A DNA stretch of 64,000 nucleotides from Octopus vulgaris (GCA_951406725.2 OX597816.1:16120001-16184000), one strand, 5' to 3'; positions 38,731 to 51,140 are shown, counted from the first letter of the stretch. The notes: generated from the letters alone by a model not told the origin. Translations and numbers: made by a program.

Positions 38731-39476
38731 TTCTCTCCGATGGACAAACATGGTAGCCGGGGGAGGCGGTCTGACCGAGATGATGTTTTTATGGGAGCAG
38801 AACTTTTGTAGCCTGCTGTATAAACCTGTATAAATAGTATTGGCCCCAGGGAAAGGGAGGGGAAAAGTCAAGGACTACACCGGGCCGCACATACTTTAGC
38901 TACGCCACTGCCTTTGTTGACCCCTGGTACAAAATGGAAGAGACGCAGAGGATTGAATGTGTGAATAATGTTTAAGCATTTTACTATAAAACAGCAATTA
39001 AGTCAGTTTGCTTAATCGTACTAGTCACTACGATCGAAAGATGTTCTTAAAATCTACTGAAAAACAATAATTAAATCATTTTAATTGACTTAAGCATTTT
39101 GTTTTACAAAATAAATTAAAAGAAACAATAAAAATGGTAATTAAGTCATTGTAATAAATCTTAGTAGAACCACAGTCAATGTCCTCGTTAACATGCTATT
39201 TAACCGTCGTAAAAAAGTGAAAGTGTATTGTCCTAAAAAATGAAAGTAAATTGCGATATTTACCGAAAGTGACATCCCATAATTTCATGTAAACAATGTG
39301 TGTAAAATAACCAATATATAAACGTACATTTATTTAACATAACATGAAAACCGTACGCACATTTTACATAAGACGTAAACTATCACCTTCACTGGAAGAC
39401 GTAACAGCCATTGATACAGGGAAAAAGATTCGTGAATTGTTTTCCCACGATCTCTAAATTTCTTTCCCCACATGTA

Positions 39477-39989
39477 CCGTAAATCCCCGAATATAGTCCG
39501 CCCTTGAGTATAATACGCAGAGGATTTTTAGGGGGCTGTATTTCTGAAAAACTTAAACCTTGCGTATAATATGCACCCCTTCTCTAACTTGAGTCAAGGA
39601 GGTCTATATAACGTCCTTGGTTTGTAAAAATGTATATGGTAACGTCCTTTATTATTATTGCATATATAACATAATGCAAACGTGTAGGTTTTTTGTGAAT
39701 TTTGTTTGCAGAAAATAAAGAAATAACAGTAATAACGTTTAATAAATGTTGCTTACTGCAAGTTATGGATGATTCTTTTATGACTTCATTGCTTTCAGGC
39801 TTAGCTTAAAGTATTTTCGCACCCGACATCACAAAATGCATCTGAATAGACATTTCCGGACAGCAAATAGAGACTCGGACATTGCTTAGAAAATAATTTT
39901 CATTTTTAACCTCGTATATAGTACGCACAAGGGATTTTGACCTTTAAATTTTGGGAAAAAAAATGTGGATTATACTCGAGGATTTACGG
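39477..39989. mobile_element. Tc1/mariner-superfamily (pogo/Tc2-like) MITE
   Basis: TA|ccgtaaatccccgaatata ... tatactcgaggatttacgg|TA. Confidence 0.8.
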
Positions 39990-41520
39990 TACTCTTGAAG
40001 ATGGGATGTAAACAAATCATCGCTAGTTCCGCATTGTCGACACCTAAATTTCTTTTTGACGAGAATCCACCACCTTACTATAGCCTGTGTATAGATGCTG
40101 TCGTTGTTTGGATCAACAAAACTGAGAGATTTATTGGCAACTTCATGAGCTTAGGAAATGCCAAGGCTCAAATAGAAAGCGAACCCATCGGATATCAAAC
40201 GTGTTTTATGAAATTTTGGTATGGCACAGCAGTCATTTCTGGTTTCTGTTGCAATTTAATATCATTTTCTTTTTAGGACAATTTATTTTCAATTTTTAAC
40301 GACGCAACTTGTTGACATAACAGGGTTTTTTTGTTTGTATTTCTGCTGTGTTTATGCACAGAACTTTGCTTGCGTGCACATTTTCTCTTTCTTTGCAAAA
40401 TATGAGAGCATCTCTGCGAGAACGATCCCTCAAATTTTCTTCAATGGAAAAAAAATTCAATTTCATCTTGAAAATAGTGTGTGCGTATATTTCCTCACTC
40501 CCCGTCCTTTCCTAGTTGTAAAATATGTGCGCGCAGAACTGCACAGCTTTGAGGGAATACAGATTACATGTGTCAATGCTTGTAATTAAATGTATTGCGT
40601 ATCGGCTTCTAAGACGCTTCTATTCTCTGCGTCACTTCTATTTTGTACCGAAGGTCAAACCTGACAAAGTGGACCTTTCATTGCATACAAGTACAAAATG
40701 GACTTAGTTAAACTAGGTGAGGGATCGTTGCCTTATAATGGAACAAAATCTGGTAAATCTACAGAAGTGTATCTGCCCAACCACCAAGTCTTTGTTTCTC
40801 GTAACTTTCAGACAAATGAATATCTTTCAATGAAATACTTTTCAGATTACGAAATTTAAGTTGCAGAAAAAATAAAAATGGAAAAAGGAAAATAGCGGGT
40901 GCGCACATATACATACTGACGAACATCATATTCAAACTTGAAATTTTACTAAAAAAAAAATATTTGTTGTGTGTCGGTATGTATGTGTGCGCATCCACCA
41001 TTCTTTTACCCACATTAAATACTGATAAAATTGTCATCAGCACACTCTGAAAGGCAATTGTAGGAAAAAATTCATTAAAAAAACACTCTGTTTTCTGAAA
41101 GTTATGAGGAAACACAATCGACTCGCGTGAATTATCCGAAAATCCTCTCCTCAGCCCCTCCGAAAAGTTTTTTGTTTCTCATTGAATTCCGATATAATAG
41201 TAATTTACATTACATGAAAGGGATTTGTAAAACAAAAATTCATTAAAAAAATATCCTTTTTTTCTGAAAGTTAGGAGGAAACAAAGTTGGGAGATCACAC
41301 TTTGGGAAGTATGCCTCTCTCGAAGTTTTTAGTTCAAATCCCGGTAGGGCCAAATTCTTAGTTCAGATCTTATAGTTCAAATCCCGGTAGGGCCAAATTT
41401 GTCTATCTTCCGGGAATCGATTTAATAACAACAGTCAAGTACTGGAGGTAAATATTCATCCTCCAAATATGAAGCCTCGTCTGTACGTGAGAAAAGAATA
41501 TTGTTTTCCGAGACACTGAT

Positions 41521-42024
41521 ATGTCGTGTTCAGCTGTGATTTGTGGATATGACCGCGATGGTGTTGCTGCGGTGAATGGTTAGCGACCCTTGCTGCGGCC
41601 GCTGTCAGTTTGTGTCGGTCGCCATCGAGACTTCAAGTGTTCTCGTAACCCGCACTACCAATTTCTTCCACAAAACCAGGCCGTCCAAGAATTTGGACCT
41701 GGAGATTTCCATTTCCAGCGACTTCGAGGGCCACCTCCCAGTGGTGTCGGGCGTCAACAAAGAGCCCTCGACTATAACAAGACAACCAAAGCTTTTTTTT
41801 TTTCCTCAAGGTCTGGGGTCTCCCGCTCCTAAGCCCTAGACCATCACCTAATCACCTTTATCTGTCTTGCTGCTTAACAACAACAACACAAAACCAGGAT
41901 AACTACGGCCTATTTGAGAAATGAGCCCCGCGAGATGGGACGGCTGCCGCAGCGAAGGTCGCTAGCTATTCACCGCAGCAACGCTACCACAGTCATATCT
42001 ACAAAGTACGGCTGAACACGACAT
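41521..42024. mobile_element. Unclassified GC-rich element with ~86-bp terminal inverted repeats (TGT...ACA ends)
   Basis: 41521-41606 is the imperfect reverse complement of 41939-42024. Confidence 0.7.
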
Positions 42025-42439
42025 TTGTTCAGGGCTGTACTTCCACCCCGCTATCTTCACCTGACTAATCCCTCTTTTTTCTTCTTTTCTTTACTTCGTT
42101 GTAATTAAATTGTGATTCAATCTTTATGCAAATAAAACTAATTTCGTCATTTTGAGACTTTAACCCAAACGGATTTCAAGGTCAAAGGGATTGCTTTCAC
42201 ATTGAAGCATATTTCGAGAACAATACCAGCCGAGATGAAACACAGCTGAAACAGTATCCTTGTGTCTCCTCACTCGTCGCTAACCCATTACTTTTCAGAA
42301 GCAAACTTGTAGGTCATGTCATATCACGTTCACCTCGAAAAAAAATGTTTATATTCAGTAATATAGTATCAGCACGCTACGATCTGAGTTCAAACCACGT
42401 CGAAGTTGGATTCTCTCTCTCTCTCTCTCTATCTATCTA

Positions 42440-42690
42440 ACACTGTGATACACGATCCCTATTGATGGTTTTGTTTTTGTGTTTTTTCCCTCTTCCTCTT
42501 TTTTCTTCTTTTTTTCATTTCTCTTTTCTTTTTTTTATTTTTTGTTCTTTTTTTCCCTTTTACGATCCCTTTTGATCGAAAACCTACGCCACCTTTTTTT
42601 TGTTTTTTGTTTTTTTCATCCCCCAAAAGAAAAGCTCTACCTTGTAACTTGTCCCATCTGCGTGCAGCCCTGTGTGGCCAATAAAGAAAC
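42440..42690 (+). mobile_element. Second copy of the L1/Tx1-type 3' UTR
   Basis: atccctattgat...cctttgatcgaaaacctac...aaagaaaagctctac...cagccctgtgtggccaataaagaaac, homologous to 37017-37170. Confidence 0.75.
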
Positions 42691-42783
42691 TTATCTCTTT
42701 TTCTCTTCGAGTTTACAATTGAATTTCAAGGCGTTGCAAGCAAGGAAATGATGTTAGCGATGATTGTACATTTCTTAAATTAA

Positions 42784-43697
42784 GTGGAAGCGGGTGGCTA
42801 AGTGACTAGGGGGTATTCGACTCAGGTCGTGAGTTCGATTCCCGGCGGACACTTTATTTCACGTTGCTCCAGTTCACTTAACTGGCAAAAATGAGCAATA
42901 CCTGCATTTCAAAGGGCCGGCCTTGTCGCATTCTGTGTCACGCTGAATCTTCCTGAAAACTACATTAAGAGTATGCGTGTCTGTGGAGTGCTTAGAGCAA
43001 CTTGCCCCTTAATTTCTGTTTCTTTACTACCCACAAGGGGATAAACACAGAGGAGACAAACAAGGACAGACAAACGGATTAAGTCGATTACATCGACCCC
43101 AGTGCGTAACTGGTACTTATTTAATCGACCCCGAAAGGATGAAAGATAAAGTCGACCTCGGCGGAATTTGAACTCAGAACGTAGCGGCAGACGAAATACC
43201 TATTTCTTTACTACCCACAAGGGGCTAAACACAGAGGGGACGAACAAGGACAGACAAACGGATTAAGTCGATTAAATCGACCCCAGTGCGTAACTGGTAC
43301 TTATTTAATCGACCCCGAAAGGATGAAAGGCAAAGTCGACCTCGGCGGAATTTGAACTCAGAACGTAACGGCAGACGAAATACCTATTTCTTTACTATCC
43401 ACAAGGGGCTAAACACAGAGGGGACGAACAAGGACAGACAAACGGATTAAGTCGATTATATCAACCCCAGTGCGTAACTGGTACTTATTTAATCGACCCC
43501 GAAAGGATGAAAGGCAAAGTCGACCTCGGCGGAATTTGAACTCAGAACGTAGCGGCAGACGAAATACTGCTAAGCATTTCGCCCGGCGTGCTAACGATTC
43601 TGCCAGCTCGCCGCCCTATTGCCCCTTAATTTCACGAGCAGACTATTTCGCTGATGGGATCAACAGGAACCCTTGACGTCATAACCGACGGAGCGCT
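42784..43697 (+). mobile_element. SINE with a different head but tail type 2, split by a SINE A trimer
   Basis: 42900-43016 plus 43634-43697 match the tail of the 33947-34326 SINE. Confidence 0.75.
43017..43618 (-). mobile_element. SINE family A trimer with 15-bp TSD
   Basis: ttgccccttaatttc at 43002-43016 and 43619-43633; two identical gacgaaatacctatttctttac junctions. Confidence 0.9.
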
Positions 43698-44000
43698 AGT
43701 TGCTTAGACTGAAATGAGGTAACCCCCAAGAGGATTCGCCTGCAGGTTGCTATAATGAAATGACCAGGAGTAAAGCAGCGATGCAGAAGAATGAAATGAA
43801 GATACTGAAAAAGAAGGAACATTTCCTTCGTTGTCTTTGTTTCGTTTCCAAACGACGACAATAACAACTCACTCCAAACACAAACAAAAGGATATCAGCA
43901 AAGTGAATAAAAGGATTAAAAACTAATAGGCACAGGCGTGGCTGTATAGTTGAGGAGTTTGCTTTCCGACCATGCGATCTTGGGGTTCAGTCCCACAGCG

Positions 44001-44229
44001 CGGCGGCGAGCTGGCAGAAACGTTAGCACGCCGGGCGAAATGCGTAGCCGTATTTCGTCTGCCGTTACGTTCTGAGTTCAAATTCCGCCGAGGTCGACTT
44101 TGCCTTTCATCCTTTCGGGGTCGATTAAATAAGTACCAGTTACGCACTGGGGTCGATGTAATCGACTTAATCCATGTCCTTGTTCGTCCCCTCTGTGTTT
44201 GGCCCCTTGTGGGTAGTAAAGAAATAGGT
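44001..44229 (+). mobile_element. SINE family A monomer inserted in a SINE B head
   Basis: SINE B sequence at ~43930-44000 resumes at ~44231. Confidence 0.8.
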
Positions 44230-44448
44230 AATTGGGCATGTATCTTCTACTATAATTCCGAGTCTAACACAGCATTTTCAGTGCATTTGGTGAACGGAAA
44301 CTGAAAGAAGCTTCACACACACATAGATAAAGTTCTGACAGGGTAGAAAGATGGGGTATTCCCATCGTACATTTTTATTTTTATTTAATTTTTGTTTCTT
44401 CCCGATATAAGTTAAACACAAAATCTGGTAAACAATATAAGCCTACAC

Positions 44449-44585
44449 CTTTGATACAGGTCTGAAGAAGTGCCACTCTGATGTCTAAAACTGCAAATAT
44501 TTCGTAAACTTTCATTTGGAACTTTGCATAAACTGATTTTGAAAGCAGAACTGGTACAGAAACAATTGTAATGGATCCCCAAAGA
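44449..44585 (+). ncRNA. Type I hammerhead ribozyme motif, partly degenerate
   Basis: CTGAAGA 44462-68; gtgcca/tggtac stem II; GAAA-caattg-TA 44559-44570; weak stem I. Confidence 0.5.
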
Positions 44586-44629
44586 TCTGCTAAGGTCTAT
44601 CTTTGTCTTCATATTTGGATTGTGTGTGT

Positions 44630-44681
<52 letters not shown>

Positions 44682-44762
44682 AAAGAAAAGGTGTATGTGT
44701 ACGTGCATGTATATATATATATGCATATATGTATTATATATAGCCACCCATGTGTATGTGAC

Positions 44763-44828
<66 letters not shown>

Positions 44829-45191
44829 GTCACATATATGTATATATACACATATATGTATATATTTATGTGTATATAACTACGTGTACACACACACACA
44901 CACACACAACGCAGACTTTATATATTTGTCAGTATGTGTGTGTGTATAAAACAGAACAACTAGCGAGGGATTATTAATCCGGGCAAAATGCTTCATAAGC
45001 TCTCTGTTGGCACATCAGGCTAACAATATTACTTGGATTAGTGAAGAACTCCAGGTAATCTTTTGGTTGGCTCCCCAGTTATGGTCCATCACAATTCTGT
45101 ATTGTAAATCCACGGATGGGTTTCAAATAAACTGGTTTTTACAGAGTGATATATAAGAGACACGTTAAAATGATGGTCATTACATATGATC

Positions 45192-45374
45192 CCTTTATTG
45201 GAACAAATTTGGTTTCCAGCTGTTTCCAGTACTCGTTGTAGGTACATTCCTGATAGTTTTATTCAATTGATCCTCAATTGATCAATAGACCAATTGAGTA
45301 AACCTATCAGCAATATACCTATAATTACTACCCGAAACAGCTGTAAGCCAAATTTAAATTTTCCCCAATAAAGG
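45192..45374. repeat. ~180-bp imperfect palindrome with hammerhead 3' halves near both ends
   Basis: cctttattgg/ccaataaagg; aaatttggtttccagctgtttc / gaaacagctgtaagccaaattt; ctgatag/ctatcag; caattg repeats at the centre. Confidence 0.75.
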
Positions 45375-45471
45375 AAAAATATGTATTTCTTTTACACATT
45401 TCAGTCTGTTATTTTTAACTTGATTCTGATATCTCACACTCTGCGTGGATGTGTGTGTGTGTACATACATA

Positions 45472-45872
45472 TAGGCGCAAGAATGGCTGTGTGGTTAGAA
45501 GCTTGCTTACCAACCACATGGTTCCGGGTTCAGTCCCACTGCGTGACAACTTGGGCCAGTGTCTTCTACTATAGCTTCGGGCCAACCAAGACTTGTGAGT
45601 GAATTGGGTAGACGGAAACTGAAAGAAGCCCGTCGTATATATATGTATATATATTTATACATGTGTGTGTGTCTGTGTTTCCCCCCCCCCCCCTACCATC
45701 GCTTGGCAACCGATGCTGGTGTGTTTACGTCTCCGTAACTTAGCGGTTTGGCAAAAGAGACCGATAGAATAAGTACTAGGCTTACAAAGAATAAGTCCTG
45801 GGGGCGATCTGTTCGACTAAAGGTGATGCTCCAACATGGGCGCAGTCAAATGACTGAAACAAATAAAAGAAT
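45472..45872 (+). mobile_element. SINE family B
   Basis: Full-length match. Confidence 0.85.
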
Positions 45873-46186
45873 ATATATTCATATGGACATAGGTACGAAC
45901 GTGTATATGTGTGTGCGTGCTTGTGTATGCGCGCGCGCGCGTGTGTGTGCGTGTGCGCGCGTGTCTTCTGAAGTCGACTCACTAAGAAGTATTACCATCG
46001 CTTGCTAATGAGCAACGAATCTGTCCTTTGTAGCCCACTCGATGATCTGCAAACTTCTAATACAACTTCTCACATGAATGTCCCATTTTAGTTCAATGCT
46101 TAAAACCATGACAATTAGCACTGTGCACAGACATGTATGTATCTTTTCAGGCCACCAGTAAAAAGACAACTCATTACGTGATTGGC

Positions 46187-46264
<78 letters not shown>

Positions 46265-46793
46265 CTTTAAATGATAAAGATTTATGATTAGTTTGTTTTG
46301 TTTCGTCTATCCTTCAGTTGCTAAATAAGACCAACCTTAGACAGCCTAGCTTAACAAATTGAAGATTTGAACGAATTCATGATAGCAATAATGTTGCCTT
46401 TTCTCGCATCTTGTCTTCCTTATGGTCATTTGATGCAATTCTTTTCAAAATGGATCTTTTTGCTTTTATTTTTTACTTGCTGCAGTCATTTGACTGCGGA
46501 GATGCCGGGGCAACCCACTAAAGAGCTTTTAGTCGAATGAATTGACCTAAGGACATTTTTTTAAAAGCCTAGTACTTATTTTATCGATCTCTTTGGCCGA
46601 ATCGCTAAGTTACGGGGACGTAATCACACTGGTTGTCAAACATAGACACAAAGACACACAGATATATATACATAATATAAATAATATATAAATATATGCA
46701 TATATACATTCATATATGTACATACCTACATATATATGTATATATACATGCATACACATACACACACATACAAATTCCTTTCGGGAATAAATG

Positions 46794-47003
46794 CAGTAAT
46801 CCTACGACGTTACGTTCCAAAATGCCCGCGATAGGTGAAAATCCGCGAAGTAGAAACAGTACTGTACTGTTTATTATTATTATTATTATTATAATCATTT
46901 TTATAATTTGTATATATTTATTTTATTATAAATACAAAACAACCTCACGGAGCTTAAATAATAAAGCGCGATAGGTGAACCGCAATATGGCGAAGGATTA
47001 CTG
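46794..47003. mobile_element. Tigger/pogo-type MITE
   Basis: TIRs cagtaatcct / aggattactg|TA; internal repeats cgcgataggtgaa. Confidence 0.7.
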
Positions 47004-47078
47004 TATATCACATACAACTAAAATGAATAACATGTAAATATTGGGTTAGAAAACCCATTTTGGAGAGAAAGAGTCGAA

Positions 47079-47150
47079 GACTGCACGTGAGATTCGAACT
47101 CACATTTCCTGTAAACAAGGCAGGCATTCGACCATTGGACCAAAACAGTC
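47079..47150 (-). other. tRNA-like sequence (pseudo-tRNA or SINE head); diverged paralogue at ~49530-49600 on +
   Basis: gactgt..tggtccaatggtcgaatg cctg..cagg ..gtgag-ttcgaat-ctcac..gcagtc has A/B boxes and a perfect T-arm, but imperfect acceptor and anticodon stems. Confidence 0.55.
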
Positions 47151-47543
47151 CTTAGAATTTTTTCTCTCTATTTTCTATCCAAAAACAGTTTTTCAACCCG
47201 ATGTTGTATGTGACGTATTTCGAAAATCAAGGATCTTCGTGGTTTTCGTCACTGTTTATAATTTTGTTCCAAATGGTTTCAAATTTGGTACATGGATTAA
47301 GTTTTGTATCCTAATTATGAACATGAAATGTATTTTCCCTATAAATCCATAACCAAAAAGTTATTAGCCGCGATCGCAGGTCGGACCCGGGCCGTTGGGC
47401 CGAAAAACGGCGCCCGCTCGGCCGGTCCAGGGCGGCGCACCCGCGTTCGCCCCCTGGTCGCGACGACACGATCGGCCTTCCGCATTGGTTACGACGCAAA
47501 TATCAGACTGAGACCAACGCGTACGGGCAGTCGCAGCTTTTAT

Positions 47544-47713
47544 AGGTGCAGGAGTGGCTGTGTGGTACGTAGCTTGCTTATCAACCACATGGTTCAGGGT
47601 TCGTTTCCACTGCGTGGCACCTTGGGCAAATGTCTTCTACTATAGCCTCGGGCCGACCAAAGCCTTGTGAGTGGATTTGGTAGACGGAAACTGAAAGAAG
47701 CCCGTCGTATATA

Positions 47714-47779
<66 letters not shown>

Positions 47780-47835
47780 AAGGTGTGTGTGTATATGTTT
47801 GTCCCCTAACATCGCTTGACAACCGATGGTGGTGT
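47544..47835 (+). mobile_element. SINE family B, 3'-truncated where the minisatellite begins
   Basis: Consensus match up to aaccgatggtggtgtgtt. Confidence 0.8.
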
Positions 47836-48690
47836 GTTCGTAGCTTTTAAATATTTAATTTGCTTGCGAATATTTTTCACTGTTTACTTTGCTTATGTAT
47901 ATTTTAATGTTTTGACCGTCATTTCTAGCAACTCCTGTTGGTTTGTTCGTAACTTTTAAATATTTAATTTGCTTGCGAATATTTTTCACTGTTTACTTTG
48001 TTCGTGTATATTTTAATGTTTTAACCGTCATTTCTAGCAACTCCTGTTGGTTTGTTTGTAGCTTTTAAATATTCAATTTGCTTGCGAATATTTTTCACTG
48101 TTTACTTTGCTCGTGTATATTCTAATGTTTTGACCATCATTTCTAGCAACTTCTGTTGGTTTGTTCGTAAATTTTAAATATTTAATTTGTTCGCGAATAT
48201 TTTTCACTGTTTACTTTGCTCGTGTATATTTTAATGTTTTGACCCTCATTTCTAGCAATTCCTGTTGGTTTGTCCGTAGATTTTAAATATTTAATTTACT
48301 CGCGAATGTTTTTCTCTGTTTTCACTGTTTACTTTGCTCGTGTATATTTTAATGTTTTGACCGTCATTTCTAGCAACCCCTGTTGGTTTGTCCGTAGCTT
48401 TTAAATATTTAATTTGTTTGCGAATATTTTTCACTGTTTACTTTGCTCGTGTATATTTTAATGTTTTGACCGTCATTTCTAGCAACTTCTGTTGGTTTGT
48501 CCGTAGATTTTAAATATTTAATTTACTCGCGAATGTTTTTCTCTGATTTCACTGTTTACTTTGCTCGTGTATATTTTAATGTTTTGACCGTCATTTCTAG
48601 CAACACCTGTTGGTTTGTTCGTAGCTTTTAAATATTTAATTTGTTCGCGAATGCTTTCGCGTTTTACAGTTTACTATGGCTTGTTTAATG
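47836..48690. repeat. 109-bp minisatellite, 7 complete units plus a degenerate eighth
   Basis: Unit starts at 47836, 47945, 48054, 48163, 48272, 48390, 48499 and 48617; units 5 and 7 are 118 bp. Confidence 0.95.
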
Positions 48691-48904
48691 TTTCGACATG
48701 CCGATGCCCCCACCCCCACCCTGCTGATGGAAAAAGCAGCGAACACGCTATTTTCTGATTGGCTGAAAATCTTGAAAATGATCAAACTTTGAACACCTGT
48801 AACATTTTCGCAAAATTTTTCAGGAATAAATGAATAACAAATTCAGATTCAGCATCAAAACTTACATCTATATGATACATTAAAGATCTTTTTTAAAGAT
48901 AATT

Positions 48905-49066
48905 GTGCAGGAGTGGCTGTGTGGTAAGTAGCTTGCTAACCAACCACATGGTTCCGGGTTCAGTCCCACTGCGTGGCATCTTGGGCAAGTGTCTTCTGCT
49001 ATAGCCCTGGGCCGACCAATGCCTTGTGAGTGGATTTGGTAGACGGAAACTGAAAGAAGCCTGTCG

Positions 49067-49097
<31 letters not shown>

Positions 49098-49313
49098 ATG
49101 TTTGTGTGTCTGTGTTTGTCCCCCTAGCATTGCTTGACAACCGATGCTGGTGTGTTTACGTCCCTGTCACTTAGCGGTTCGGCAAAAAGAGACCGATAGA
49201 ATAAGTACTGGGCTTACAAAGAATTAGTCCTGGGGTCGATTTGCTCGACTAAAGGCGGTGCTCCAGCATGGCCGCAGCCAAATGACTGAAACAAGTAAAA
49301 GAGTAAAAGAGTA
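48905..49313 (+). mobile_element. SINE family B (full length)
   Basis: Consensus match. Confidence 0.9.
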
Positions 49314-49741
49314 AACAGTGACGAAAACCAGAAAGGTCCAGAATCATGATTCCAAGAGAAACCATCCTTTTAAGGATCATTTCTTAAGCATGTGTCGCAA
49401 CGGTATCCGATTATTCCCCCGCCCCCACCCAAAAGTATTCCACATTCTCTGGAAAGTTTATAAAATTCTTATGACGCCAACAACATACAATTCTCGTTGT
49501 TAAAAATAAAGACTCCAAAACGAAGAGATAAATTAGTCCAATGGTAGAACTCCTGTCATACCTCTGGGAGATGTGGGTTCCTGTCCCACAGAAAGCTTTC
49601 GACTCTTTTTTTTTTTTTTATTCAAAAGGGTTTCTGAACCCAATATTTATTCTTTCCGGCTAAATTTTATTGTGCTTCGAGAAAAGAAAATTGACGCTCT
49701 CTTGAAAGTTTATAAAATTCTTATGACTTTAACTATACATG

Positions 49742-49777
<36 letters not shown>

Positions 49778-49956
49778 GACACACATACATACATACATTT
49801 ATATGTATATATACTCATATAGGCATGTGTATATTTGTATATGAATCTATTAAATTTATATTGCAGTGTGGAAAATGTTTGTAAGCCCTTCAAGAACACA
49901 CTCACACACACGTATACATACACACATAATACATACATACGTGTGTGTGTATGTAA

Positions 49957-50046
<90 letters not shown>

Positions 50047-50110
50047 AGAGATGAGAGAGAGACAGGCAGAGACAGATAGATTGATAGACAGACAGATAGA
50101 TAGAGGGACA

Positions 50111-50176
<66 letters not shown>

Positions 50177-50539
50177 GAAGCAACAAAAGTAAAATGAAAG
50201 AAAGAAAGAGGTAATGAACGAACGAACGAGCAAACGAGGAGAATATAAAGAAAAAAATGTAGTGAAAGACAAAATATGTATAAAGGTGTACTTGGACGAA
50301 TTGCTCGTCACAAATGAATGCTTTTTAGCTGTGCTTAATAAAGCTGAAATAAATACCTGCTCTGTGTGTGTATGGGGGTGGGGGGGGGGAGAAAGAGAGA
50401 GGGAGAAAGCGAGAGAGAGAGTGACACCTTTAGATAGAAAGATACTTAGGTACATAGGAAGAGTTGATGTGAGAAAGAAATATATTCACGTATAAATGCA
50501 TACTTGTTGGATGATTGCGAAAAAATACCGACACATTCA

Positions 50540-51140
50540 CACACATACACAGACTAACATACACACATACGCGCGCGCACACACACACACACACAGACTA
50601 ACATACACACATACGCGCACACACACACACACAACATACACACACAGAGACTAACATACACACATACGCGCACACACACACACACACAGACAGACTAACA
50701 TACACACATACGCACGCACACACACACACATACGCGCACACACATACACACACACACAGACTAACATACACACATACGCGCGCGCACACACACACACATA
50801 CGCGCACACACATACACACACAGACTAACATACACACATACGCGCACACACACACACACACAGACTAACATACACACATACGCGCACACACACACAGACT
50901 AACATACACACATACGCGCACACACACACACAGACTAACATACACACATACGCGCACACACACACAGACTAATATACACACATACGCGCACACACACACA
51001 CAGACTAACATACACACATACGCGCACACACACACAGACTAATATACACACATACGCGCACACACACACAGACTAATATACACACATACGCGCACATACA
51101 CTCACAGACTAACATACACACATACGCGCACACAGATTAA
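50540..51140. repeat. (CA)n-derived minisatellite cagactaacatacacacatacgcgcacaca
   Basis: Roughly 15 copies with variable CA-run lengths. Confidence 0.9.

Noticed and set aside
40760-41320. Possible TIR transposon (direct repeats at ~41065 and ~41235, weak inverted match at ~40790)
   Set aside because: Termini and TSD could not be defined with confidence.
43017-43618. SINE A arrays as hammerhead retrozymes
   Set aside because: I found no CUGAnGA/GAAA core on either strand of the repeat unit.
43470-44304. Recurring ORFs such as MRNWYLFNRPRKDERQ and RRASFSFRLPNPLTR
   Set aside because: Incidental reading frames within SINE A and SINE B copies.
47836-48690. Regular repeats suggestive of a CRISPR array (also the SINE A arrays)
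   Set aside because: Contiguous 109-190 bp units without unique spacers, no cas genes, and a eukaryotic context.
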